From NCBI RefSeq assembly GCF_018977255.1, contig NW_024704762.1, positions 10,292,001-10,356,000 of the forward strand: a DNA stretch of 64,000 bases. The letters run 5' to 3'. Of the stretch, positions 42,021 to 55,333 are shown in pieces. The stretch is from Callorhinchus milii (Eukaryota). How positions within the stretch are numbered: the stretch's first letter is position 1; every line of letters starts with the position of its first letter. The position numbers were made by a program, and so were the translations under genes. The notes below the pieces were generated by a model that had not been told where the DNA came from, made no database searches, and worked only from the letters and a program-made list of their open reading frames with translations.

Positions 42021-45000
42021 AGTAAGATGGTTTGTGTCTAAAGCTGTTGAGTATTTGTAATTCAGTGGCTGAATGCTATTTTAAATATTTTTGATTACTG
42101 ATCAAATTCTACACCTCTACACTGTAGTGACAGTATTGCTTTCAGTTCTGGGGTATATATATTCTGGTGTTCATGGTTATCTCTGAAATGTGGAACTTGA
42201 TTTCAATCAAAATATTTGAATTTTTGTAGTGACATCCATTTACATAGCAAACGGTTTAACTACTGGAGCTAGGCCTGAAGAATGCAAGCTTCATCTATGG
42301 GACTAAAAGCCTATATTGTTTAAGCTAAGGTACTGTACCAATTCATTCCCTAGAGTTGCTATGAGCTGATGGAACGGTAGAAAACGAATCAGTCGCTGTT
42401 ACATGACTAACTATACGATTGTGTGTTGTTGGTGAAAGACCATTTACATCCTTGACTTTTGTTGAGATTAAAAGTTTTTTTTAAAAAAGAAGTTGGAGCT
42501 TGATTTGGGGGCAGAGTAATCCAATGCTATATTTAGCAATAGTTGTTATAAAAGATTGTGTTGCCAGCTTTGACTTCATATCAAATGATCCTGGCATGAG
42601 AGTAATGCATTGTTGCAATTGTTTCACAACTATTCTGTCCCACAGGTGATTTCAGATAATTTGCGCTCTAGCTCACCAGTGATCCCTTTGGACTGCACGA
42701 GTAACCATTTTCAACGTACAAACTGCTGTACTTGTGTAAATCAGCTCACTTATGTTGTAGAAATGTGTAGTTGTATTGTACAAAATGTGTGTGTTTTTGG
42801 GGGTCCCCGTTCCATTCATAATCCTCCCCCCACCGCCTCCGCTCCACATTTAGTTTTTCCTTGTTGCCAATCTAGTGCTGTTTCCCAGTTGGATTATTTT
42901 CATTGTGTGGGGGGGGGGTGGGTGGGAGCTGTGGATTCTGGTGGACAGCCGATCGAACACCTGTGCAGGAATTTTGGTCGCCTCATCTCTTGCGTAGAAT
43001 TTTCAGCGTGAATGTGGACTGCTAGGTGCTGTTATCTCAGACTTGTATAGTGAATGAGTTCAATTGTTTTAGTTTCTTGACAATTTTAGAGCGACCTTAC
43101 AAGGTCAAAGAGGTTTATTTCCAACTGAATACGGCAAATATTCTAATGTTCTTTCTAAAGCTGCCGCACTCCGCCCTTTTGTTTCAGTAGTTTTCATCTG
43201 GGGACAGGGCGGTGTGATTCTGGCCTTTTACCTTCGAGACTATAGTGCAGATCGGTCCCCAGAGTGATGGGATGAAAGTCCATTTTTCTCTTTTGTTGGT
43301 TGTAAAGATCCAGTGTGAAATTCCCACTGGGTGTGGGCTCACAGCACAACAGGGCTGCAAATAGTCAGCATCGCTGCAAGCTCGCAAGACTGGCTCGTGT
43401 GGGATTTGGAGATCTGTTTTGAGGCTACGGCTGAATTCACATTGTTGAGATAAAATAGAGGAAACTGCTCTGCATCTTCAGCTTGCATTCATATTGTGTG
43501 CTTATTTAACAGCAGGAGCGCTTCATCACATTGAACTGTTTCAAAGTATTTCACTCATAGTTACTAATCAAATGGAGTATAAATAGAGTAGGCAAATGGA
43601 GCGGGAATAGAAAAGTTCAACAAAGAGCCAGAACGCTGGGAGAAACTCCCTTTTATCAAATTATGCCTTTTATTTGGTGTTTTAATGTTCACCTGAAATA
43701 GGCAGACGTGATCGTGGTTTAATGTCTCATCTGAAGGAAGGCACCTCGCAGCAGTGTGGGCTCCTCTCATTACAGTCTAAGTCAGGACAGGGAATAAGCT
43801 CAACTTCCAATATGGGGCCCAAACCAATTACTTTATTACCCAAAGATGCCAAATAATTGATGTCTCCAAGCACTCGACTTGTGATGTGCCTGACTTTGGA
43901 ATGCAGATTGAGTCCTGTGAAATGGGAAAGTGTTCCATTTCTACAACATCTCTCATCCCAAATTGAGCAACTAATTCACCTGCAAAAAGTAAAGTTAAAT
44001 ACAGTAAAACTCGTATAAGTCTTATCTTTACAAATCATATAATGAGCACATGAGCACTAGCCGGCCAGCTGTATTGAGTCGTGGGAAGTGTAGTCTTGAC
44101 CCATCACTGTATGCACACTTACTGGCTGCTTTGAATTATGTTTGCGCAGTGTAGATTGATTAAGTCAGATTTTACACCACTTGTACAGTTTGCCTGTAAC
44201 TATGCATATGGCATATTAAATGTTATGGTCTTGGCTTATGTGAGTTTTAATGTAATTATGGTACAGTTGTTGGATTTGACAAGAATTGCAAGAAAAATGA
44301 TTTCTTTTGCTAATGTTTATTTCAAAATCAGTTGTCAGTTTAGATGTGGCCCTGACTTGTTCTGTCACTCACAGTAATGTGTAACCTCTCATCTTAATTT
44401 ACGAAACTGACAGCAGAGCTTTAAAACCACTGTTGTTGATGGATGAAACTGAATATAGATTGTGCTTTTTTTTTAAAAAAAGCTTCTCTTAATGTTTCCT
44501 TTAAGTTTTTAAACATGGGTAAATGAATTACTATAGATTCCTTAAAATCATCAATTTCAAAGGAAGCAAATGTTGAGACTGAACAGCTTTAAATTCCACT
44601 AAACGGCTCTTCCAATAATCCATCTGGAAATAATAATGAAAGAGGTATTTTCAGATTTTCTGGAATTTTGAACGACGTATCCCACTAGAATTGGATGTGA
44701 AATATCTGTATTGTATCTGTGTAGAGGTTTGCACAGAACACGTAATCACGCTATATATTCTGTGAAGCGCTTTGAGGCGTTATCAGGCACTGTATCGAAT
44801 GCCAGTATTATGGATACTCTGACTAAGTTTACCACTGGTGTGACACAGAGCCATGCAGATCAGGAAAGCCTTAGTTTGGCCATAAGAACAACTTTTTTTT
44901 AAGGAAGAGCTGAATATTAGGTTCAACTAGTCTTGTCTTTTTTTATCATCCCCATCCACCTGCCTTCTTAGGCTCCCCATCAGTCTCCCATCATTCCTTC

Positions 45001-48000
45001 TCTCCAAAAGTGTGTCAAGTTGCCTCTTGAACTAAATCCTGTGGCTTGTGCTCTGTTAGCAGATCTCAGCTAAGGCCGAAAAGGGAGCACAGTAATTATC
45101 TCCCTCCAGTCTTGGTTCATTGAGTGGTATAAATTGCTGTAATCCAGTAAACTGTGCTGGAATATTGCGTGTACGAGGGTAGATTTGTGTTTTGGCTCTC
45201 ATGTCTCACATGGTTGTCTCGTCTATTAGCACCTCTAGCCTTACACTTCCTGACCCTGAGTGAATGAGGGACATGTAAGCTTTGCAGGTTCTGTGAAACT
45301 GTTCCCAAGTATGAGTCATTGCTTTTGGGTAAGGAGGAGGGCAAAACGAAAGTGCATTCAGTTGGAAACCTTTTGATTGCAATGTAAAATTTATATATCT
45401 AATTGGACACTTCGTGAGAAATACTGCAGTTAGTTTTCCTTCAGATGTAAGTGTGTGTGTGTTTCTTTTTTTTAAAAAAGGCCTCGGAAGAAATCTAAAT
45501 AAATGCTTCCGGTGATTATATATAAAACATAATAATATTAGATGACGAGTATCCTGAAATTTCTTGTGGTATTCGTTTATGATTGCATTTTTCTCGTTTG
45601 TATGGGGTCATTTGTTTTGTGCTGGCAGTTGTCTGGCATTCCATGTCCTTGATGCTTTGTGACGTACATACACGTGGATTAACAGTTGTGACGTTGTTAT
45701 CGCTGATCTAATGAGAAAATCTGCCTCAGCTTCTGCGTACAGCATAGATTCCACTCAATTACTTTTGTTACTCTCCTTCCATTCTGTTTCTCATGTTAAA
45801 TACTTCTCTCTGAAAATATATTTCCTGTTTATGAAAATGTTTCATAAAATATTTCCTTTTTTGTGAAATTGGTGCTGCATTTTTGTGACTCCATTTACTC
45901 CTAAAGTGTGCAAAGGAAAGCTTTCTCCCTTTCACACCCAAACCGGCACTTTGTAACCTGTTCCCCAGACCTGTACAATTGCCTCTCCTCAACTTACAGG
46001 GATTCGACAATACTGGTTCATGTTTATTTATTCTAAAACTTTTTTCTCATTCCTTTTGTGGATGTGCTTTGGTTAGCGTCTGTGCTTCCCTGTACTTTCT
46101 GTGTGGATGCTCCGAGGCATGAAACGTGCACATTATGTTTGGTACACTAAACTACACCTGCACACAAACCTCCATTGAGCCATTACCCAAATTCTCTTAT
46201 AGTGAAAGATAATCGATTGTCAGTTTATATTGAGGCCCAACTGATTACTTAGACAAAGATGTCACCATATAATTTGCTGTAAAGTTGATGAATGTTTGTG
46301 TGTGATGTTCACGTGGGTCATTTCCTTTGGCTGCCCGGTGATGCTTCTGGTTTCTATGTAATCGTTTAACAGTTCTGATAGTGAGAAGATTTTGACCTTT
46401 TATTTATTCCTGAAGTAGCCGAGACTGGTTCTGCCTTCTTCCCTTAGAGATTTTTGATAAGTTTTGAAAAATTGTACCGCATTTTATTATATGTGGTTCA
46501 GGTGGACAGAAAAGTTCCCAATGGCACAAATTAAAAAGAATGGAGTTTCTCCTGGTGTCCTGACCAACATTCCTCCAGATTAATTAACTAATCGCCCCTT
46601 GTGGGACTTTGCTGTACACAAAATGGCTACTGCGATCCTCCACAAAAAATCTCTACACTTGATAGTAATTGCTGTAAAGCACTTTAAGATGTTATAGTTA
46701 CTATAAAAATGCAAATTCTTTCTCCCTTTTTGTGGACAATGACAAATTGCCCTCACTGAGCAATGAACCACTGACTTCTTGTTTTCAATGAAAATGTGTT
46801 CCAATTGACTTAAAATGAGATTAATAACATACTACATTTCCTTTTGGATAATGAAGTTGGTAATATTTTGCTTAAGAGCCATGACTGTGTTGTAATATAC
46901 ATTGTGATATTGTAATTCTTCTGATTATTAGCAAATGTGTAAAAAAATACTGATGTACTGCTTGCTGCCTATCAATTTGATGATCCTACCATTAAGTTAG
47001 TTCGCATCGGTGTTCCCAATGGTTTTGGAAACTGTCCTGACAGAGCAATGAATCATCTCTAAATGTGGTTTTCTCTTAAGTGTAGAACTGATCTTCTATA
47101 GTGTGTATTGTGTCATTTGAAGTTCCTTGCCTATTAAGTGTCCTGTAGAAGATGTAGCAGTATGTGCAATAATGGGTTAAGACTACTTGGAAGTCAAAAT
47201 TGTGTAAATGAAATCTTAGGCAGTTTTGATAAGAACCCGAACGAGACTAGGATGCATGTACGACTTGGGCGATTATACCATTTATAAAGAAAAAAACCTA
47301 TGTGAATGTACTGTATATACAAATTGAACCCAACCAGTTAAATATGTAACAGTTCTGGGTTTACAATGATAGACGGGCAGCATAACATTTTTTATATATG
47401 TATATTTAATTAAAATGATTTTCAAACAAACAAATAGAGTATTTCATTTAAAGTGAATCAACACAGAGGCGGTCTGCCTTTTTTTCTTAGCTCCTATTTT
47501 ATGGGATTTCTTGTTCCTTTTCCAACGTTCTCAATCTGACAGATGCCATGTTTTTTATCACTGCTTTTGCAGTAGCAAGCCAGGAAGAACTTCTGGCACT
47601 GGGAGAACATGAGGTATGTTTTCTCTCTGCCAGGAAGGTTAAAAAATACCCCTTGACACCTTCAACATCGTTTTATAACAATCCCTTGCATTTGATACAG
47701 TGCTCCAAGTGATTCACAGGATATACTGTAAAGTGAATGGACTGTATATTTTGTGGGTGAAACGCAGCAGCCAATTCCGCACTGCAGTGTATTTATTGTG
47801 CCAGCTGCTAAACTGAGCTCCATTCAACTTTCGTGTTACTGTCCGTCACACAGTGAGGTTGAAATGAAGATGACCGTTCGACTCATTTCATCTCATTCAC
47901 AGGATAGACCCAACTCTTGTCTTCCTGAGTCTCATTAAGCCTCGGGATGTGTGGGTCCAAATTTTACTCCTCATTTCCCATTGATGTCTCCTGGGCAGCA

Positions 48001-48279
48001 CTGTCTGGCTACAGGAGCTATCTTCCTGTTGGGCAATTGAGTTTCACTTTTGCTTTCCTTTGTGCCATAACTACATACAACTACGTACAGAAGTGTCAGA
48101 AACAGCCCAGTGAGCAACCACCAGGCACTTCTAGCTCCAATAAAAGGGGTGGTGTTTACATCATAGGTTAGCGGATTGGCTAAATTCTTTAATACCTATG
48201 TATGCTTGTGATATGAAAGCAGTTTTCAAGGTCTGTCACATTGTCTGTCAGGGCAAGACTGCTGCCATTTTTTAAAACC

Positions 48280-48460
48280 AAAATGAGTCACTCAATCCAC
48301 GACTGTGTGTGGGACACTGCTGTGCGCAACTGGCTGCCGCGCTTCACCCACCAAATACACTCACAATCATTACATTTTACAATATATTCTGTGAAGTGCT
48401 TTGAGCCGTCTCAAAATCGTGAAAAGGCGCTGTATCAATTGCAAGGATTATTATTATTTG
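48280..48460 (+). mobile_element. SINE 3' half
   Basis: Core GGGACACTGCTGTGCGCAACTGGCTGCCGCG and tail. Confidence 0.8.
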
Positions 48461-51400
48461 TTGATTGTTAATCTGTAAATTTGTTGTTATACCCTTTTTT
48501 GTTTGTGGAAAGGAGTTTTTTTTATCCTCTGACAAAGTGAACCAACACCTTGCTTAATAGTAATTGATCTAACTTGCAACTGTGGGCCGCTACCATATAT
48601 GAGGTCCACTATATAAATACAAGCTATTGTTTTTTTAAAAAACTTGCCTATTATAAGGACAGGTTTACCGCATCAAAGTGGAATTCTTTCAGCATGTACT
48701 TGTGCTCCGCTTTGTGCTGAGATTATATAATGCCATCTGTTTCATTTGATTGAATCCCATTATTCATCTATCATTCTGTTCCCAGGCAACTATTGAGCAA
48801 AAGTCTTCAGAGAAAATAGGAACTATATACTTAGGTTTTTTTAAAAAAAAAACTTCAAACCTACTGGTGGTGGAACGGGGCCAACTGGAAATCTATATCC
48901 TTTAGCTTCTGACAAAGGGAGTCAGTGGTCAATTCAGCTCTTTCAATCCAGACTGGGGTGGGGGGGGGTTAGAATGTGCCATTTTGACAATTTCCAATAA
49001 TTGTAGATTAATGCTGTCTTTCAAATGGAGAACCGCTAAACCAGTGTCCCGTTTCGCAGTGTAAATCTGGATCTACATTAAAACAGGTCCAGGTTTTTCT
49101 CACCCAACTGAAAGCTGCAGGGTTGTTGGGGAATATTCTGCGGAGAGGTTGTGCCCTGCACACTTTTTCACAGTGGAAAAAAATAACAAATACAGCAGAC
49201 ATAGTCTGCGATTGCTAAAGCTGCTTTCAACTCTGCTGCTGACAAATGGTTAGCATTGTTTCAATTGGACTTTGTAAAACCTGAAGGAAATGTTACCCAA
49301 TACCTTGCATGTGTATTCTGTGTGGGGAACCACATCTCCCAAACTGCTCTTGTTTGGGACATGGAGACGGAGTCTGAAACTCGCAGAGCTTCACAATGCT
49401 GTGCCTGCCACAGTCCAGGCCTTTCTAGAAAGAACGAATGGCAGAGTAACCCACTGCATATTTGGTAAAATACGTGAAATTCCAGAGAGAAAATAAGTCT
49501 GACATAATCCTTCCACCGTGTCTGCATTCTTATCCATTCTCCGTATTGTTTCATAAACTCTTACACTACCAATCTCTGGGCAAATTGGTATCAGGTGTAT
49601 TCACCTCAGGCAAGAAATATTCAGTAAAATTTGAAACAACACTTGTGTGCATACTTTGCCATAACATGTAGTGACTCTTTATCTGTTGCACATAAAGCAA
49701 CGCCCTGCAAGCAGCCGTGAAGAGAAACAACCAATTAGGCTGTTTAACTTTTCTAGAATTGATCTTATCTTTACCGTAAACGGAATTAAAGTGGAGACAG
49801 TTCGTGAAGTTTTATTTACCATTTTGCTGTTCTGCTTTATGAAAGAGTGGCTGGTCATTAAAATTGAGCAAACAAGTGGCTGTGCTTGTCTCGCAAAGAG
49901 GAAAAAAATACTCTCTTTGTGAGATGAGAAACGCAAGCGCAGTGTGTTTAGAATATGCGCAGAAATATATAAGGAAAATCGCACACTGATCTTCAATCAA
50001 TGTAACTGGCAAGTGACATGGAGCCAAACTAGAAATAACTTTCCACATTTCTCTTGCTTTATTGCTATCTATTGCACCTCGTTGATTTTAAAAATCCTTT
50101 ATGAAAGGGAAAGTTGCCAGCATTTTCCATGTTAATGCTGGAACAATTTGTGTCTTGGAACCTTATGGCTCCTGTCTGACCAGCTTTGAGTCTGGTTTGC
50201 TCATTTTTTTTTCCTCCCTGCCCCCCAATGAATAACTAGCATTTTGCCCACAAAACATACAGTTAATTCACTTTATAATATATTCTGTGAAACGCTTTGA
50301 GATATCTCAAAGACATGATAAGGCATTATATCAAACGCAAGGATTATTATTATACGTGGTGCTGACACTGATAATAATAATAATCCTTGCAATGCCTGTA
50401 TTTCCTGAGAAAGGTGGTTTGATCTGCTCCTACCTTTAACACTCTGTTTATTTGTTCCCTCGATCCTTCCATTAACAATATTGCTGTTGGCACTTTTTGT
50501 TGCTCTCTAGGAGTTATTGAATCAGCAAGTGTTAATGGGTACAAGAGTGTGGGAGTATGCAGTCAGGTGTCGATCGGTTAGCAAAATGGGTGGGTATGTG
50601 GAATATGGAATTCAATATTCAGCAAAGCATGAAATAACAAACCGACTTATATTTTGGAATAGTATATTTGGGGTTAGAGTTAGTGAATGGACATGGTGTG
50701 GTAGACTTTACAGTGGATGAGGGACCCAATTACATAGATTGTTAAACGTGGGAGTGTGAAAGTTAGGAAGAATCTTTTGCACTGAAACCTGTCTCTGAGC
50801 CATCTTTTGAAGTGAGCTTGACCTCCTGTCTAGAATGTGAGCTGCAATAGGAAATCTCATCCGCAACCACTGATGGAGTTGGTAGCTTCAGGTGAGAATA
50901 TCTTTGCGTTTCTCCCCTCTTGGCATGTTAGTTAGCAATAGATGCATAAAATTAATCTTAATGAATGTGTGGCCAGCCTGGCTTGTTGAGTGTTCCTCTT
51001 AACTGGATGTTCCCTGCTAGTTACTATCGCTTGAAAAGGACTCACAGTTTTGGCTGAAGTTTTATCAGTTCATTTTCAGCCTTCCAGGAAGTTTTAATTC
51101 CTTTTACTCTCACTTCATCACACCAATCGTCCACAAGGCAAGGGACCTCACAGATCAACCCAGGCTGACGTTCAGAGATTCGTACGGTGTAGCTGATAAC
51201 TCCTCTGCTGTAAATGCAGAGAATAAACCCATTGTCCTTCACCGATTGCTGTCACAGAGTTGATTTTTTTAAAAAAAAATTAAAGTGTAACTGGTTTTAA
51301 ATCTCATGTTGTCATTCTCAGTCGTTACAGTAATTATGAAGGCCCAGGGTTTAAATCGTATTAATGTCGTCGAGTGGAATTCCAGAGTCCACGAAGACGG

Positions 51401-54400
51401 TCGATTCCATAAATTTGATTCTGATGACCTTCTAAATCTGACAAAGGATTATTGTAAAAGATTAATTACTTCAGGCTCTGGAAAAGTAACCGTACCCAGT
51501 GCTGCATGGTGATTCGCAAGCCCTTTCCTGATGGCAGGCCTGTCTTTTAGTTTAAAGTATATCATGTACACAAAACAATTCTACAATACTGCTTCCATGG
51601 AACAAGCAGAGTACTGTCCTGTGTCCCAGTTGACGTTGTTTTAGCATGTTTAAACCATTTAAACTAGCCGTATGCTTCTCATACCTTGTACTGAGCATAT
51701 AATGTCACATTTGTTCAGCAGCCTAATTAAATTTTACGACCCTTTGGTAAACAGTGGAGAAATTGCCTGCCTTTTGGTTTAAATTTCATTTCGTTTGGAT
51801 TCACCAGTGTAAGTTCAGAGCATCGAGAGACGACAATCTCTAATAAATTGTTCATTTATGATGGAGCCTTTGCTGTACAGTAACCACTGAGTGTTTACAT
51901 GAGCACGTGAAGCACTGATATTGGGGTGTGTGTGACTGCAAAACACATTATGCAGTCGAAGCAGTAGGAAAGATGATGAACCCTTGTAATCACCTCTCCG
52001 TATTTGTGCTCCCCTTGGCCCGAAGGAGCAAAACCATCTGAGAATGCACTCCCATCAGTAATGGATCAGCTACCTTGTCTACGGACTTTTCACTAGTAAA
52101 TCTGGGAAAGGTGATTGTGTACACTTTGAATTGGAACTTTTTTTTCCCCCCGGAAATGTTCAGTCCACAAGTAGTGGAATTCTCCTGTATGGAGTTAGAA
52201 TTGGGCTGCGAAGGGGAATCAGCCACAACGGAGTACAACTTGGAGAGGACTCGCCCTTTTTGTACATCATCTGCTCTAAATCTCTCCTGATTTGGGGGAA
52301 CAAATGGCTAAACAAACCCCTGCTCGGGTCCAAACCCCTGACTATTCAACGCCTTGGGACGTCCTCCCGATGTGAAAGGCATTACACAGATGTAATTTGT
52401 TGTATTGCAGAAATCTTTTTTCACACTGTTAGAATTCCCATTTAGTTGTCTTTACTGACTGTATGATGGCAATCTCTCAAAGGGCTGTAAATGTTTCTGT
52501 GAACATGAAACAACATGTAACTATCAGAGCATAATGTTGCAAGTGCTTAATTTTCGTTCCACTTGAGTCACCGGATGTCAACACTTGGGGAATTTCCTCG
52601 ATGATGCAAATCCATGGGATAATAGCAGAAAATATTGTCATATCATGAGCATTATGAAATATAGTTTACATTTGTGAAACTCACTGATTGCAATATCCTC
52701 AATCTTACACTGATTCACAGCATGTCTTGTCAGCACCAATATAGACAGTGAGCAGCATTGTTTACAAATACTGAAGTTGGACTAAAATATGAGTGGATTT
52801 CCAGTTCGTGTGTTCTGGCTCCCATGTCTGCCTTGCGCTTTGTACTCTCTGTGTTACGAGTTACATTAGCTTCAGTTAATAAAAATATTGAATACTGCTA
52901 GTATTCTAGGTTACAGCTTTCTGAAAACGCCATTTATATCTCTGGAAAGCTAGGATTGCAAGTCCTATAATTATAATAATCCTTGGATTTGATATAGCAC
53001 CTTATCACGTCTTCGAGATGTCTCAAAGTGCTTCCGAGAATATACCGTGAAGTGAATTGACTATATTTTGTGGGAGAAATAATATATATTATGAAAAAAA
53101 AAGGCCTGTAGGAAATGCAGTTGATTTTGTAAATTGCCCTTGTGCCTTTTTACAGCTGATCAATTCCTACCAGGATAGCTAAACTATTCTGACCTGGTTG
53201 TTATCTTAGCCAACAGGAAGCACTGTGATAAATTCACAGATAATAGAAAACTAAGTTGAGTTTCCACAGCAGGGTTATCACAAAATCTTGGTAATATATC
53301 CCGAACACAACTCCAACAATAGCAAAATATTAAATATTGTATGTTATTTAATTCACTATGTAATTCACATTTCCATTGAAATCTCTTGTGAATTTAATTA
53401 TGGGGTTTTATGTGGTTATTTTCATTAAAATGTAGATGTTCTGCTCAAACTTTCAGAATTAATCCTAGCTTCTGTTTTTTATTCTTAGCCTAAATAAGGC
53501 TCTGTCCATTCTCGTCTCCAGTTTCTGTGAATCTTGCCTATAAGTCTCCTTCCCTCTGTACATATTGGGAAAGTGTGAGGAAGCATAGTGGAAGCTGCTC
53601 ACTCACTGCAATTTAGCAGTTGACTCAAGAGGGATATGATGTGAAAGAGAAAATTCATGTTTTCAGATTCAATCCTGAGCAGTAAAAATCGGGAATAAAT
53701 ATTTGAGAAACATGTCTTATTGGGTTACCACCATTTGTTAAGTGCAGACTGGATGCAGTATGTCGTGAGATGTTTCTTTGGGAAACATGGTTCCACGATT
53801 CAGTAGTTGGAAAGTTGTCCCCATTTTTCACAGGGAGTTCAACAGCCACCACCAGAACTCCAAAGTTTTTCTCCCTTTTAATATTCCCTGAGGGGGTGTA
53901 CATCATCTGTTTGTATGCAAGGAGTTAAGTTAAATGAATAATGTTTGTACTTCGTCTCGCACCTTATTCCATCAAAATATCTCAAAGCAGTTCGCACAGT
54001 GGTTCACTTTTTGAAGTGCACGGTCTGTGGCAAATTCTCAAAAGATTGAGAAATACCATGCCTAGGGTAGGTAATCAATAATTCAGATCTGTCACCAGCA
54101 GACAAGATATAAGGGCAGAATAAAAGAATATTTTATCTGTACAAGAATTCATGATGGACAAAGTTTTTAAAAAAAAAGTCAGGGCTGAAGCAGTGATTAT
54201 TAGAGCAGCTTTGCTGAGCAGCCTGGAGTGAGGGACAAACACGGGCTTAATGTCCATTCCCAATCCCAAGCCTTGCTCAGCGGGAGGAAAGACATGGAGC
54301 AGTGGGCAAAGAGATGCACTTGATTGTTCACCTCCTGATGATCTGTTCCAGGGCTTTGGCACTGATCTGGATGCTCTGTCTACTCGCTCTCTTGGCGTTG

Positions 54401-54744
54401 ACGGTGTTTGGATCAAGCAGACAAAAGATGGGGAGAGAGAGAGGAGGGAATGATGGAATAATAAGGAAATTAAGCTGAAAAGGATCTATGAAATTGGTGC
54501 TTCTAAACTTTTAAATTGCAAGAGTTAATAAATTTTAAAAATGCACTTCTGAAATATTGGAAACCGCAATACGTTGAAACTCTTTCATTGATTGGCTGTT
54601 TTGAAATGTTAGTTCATCCTTCAGTCATCATAAGTACTTACAGTTGTGTTCTGTGCAATGAAGAGATTCTCTTAGACATTCTCTATGTCTAAGATTCCCA
54701 CTCCTACGCATGAAAATACAGAATAAAATCAGAATTGTGAAAGT

Positions 54745-54862
54745 ATAATGATAATAAACCTTGCATTTGATATCGCGCCTTATCACGTCTTCGAGATGTC
54801 TCAAAGTGCTTCACAGAATATACTGTAAAGTGGATTGACTGTATATTTTGTGGGTGAATCGC
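54745..54862 (-). mobile_element. SINE tail fragment just upstream of CSNK1G2 exon 2
   Basis: Reverse complement of the family tail. Similar fragments at ~20127(-), 22970(+), 28545(+), 47675(-), 50240(+), 52970(-), 63435(-) and 63660(-). Confidence 0.8.
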
Positions 54863-55149
54863 CAATATGTTGGTGCTGACAGTGTTTTTTGCAATGTTTT
54901 CTAGCCTACCCAAAGAAACTAATGTGGAGGAATTCAGCTGTGACCACTGTGGTGACTTGAGAATGCACTGCTCATCAAAGAATGTACAAAAGAAGACTGA
55001 AATGGAGGATTGGTCGAGAGCTTCGATGGAGCTAATCTTATAGTTGACTCGTTGCTTCCTTTGTGATGATGTTCTGAAATTCCCAAGTTCTGGCATTGTG
55101 GGGTTTGCATGGCAAAGTAACCGTGGAGAAGCCAGGCTATCACAAACTG

Positions 55150-55333
55150 ATGGATTTTGACAAGAGAGGAGGGAGGGGTGAAATGGAAGAAACAAAAAGA
55201 ATGTCTAAATCTGGTGGTCGGGGAGCCAATTGTGGCCGGAGTACGGGGACCAGCTCCGGAGTCTTAATGGTGGGTCCCAACTTCCGAGTGGGGAAGAAGA
55301 TTGGATGTGGGAATTTTGGAGAGCTTCGTCTAG
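55150..55333 (+). CDS. CSNK1G2: CSNK1G2 first coding exon
   Basis: [10 protein letters not shown]...[22 protein letters not shown]|gtaag; probable acceptor at 54904. Confidence 0.95.
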
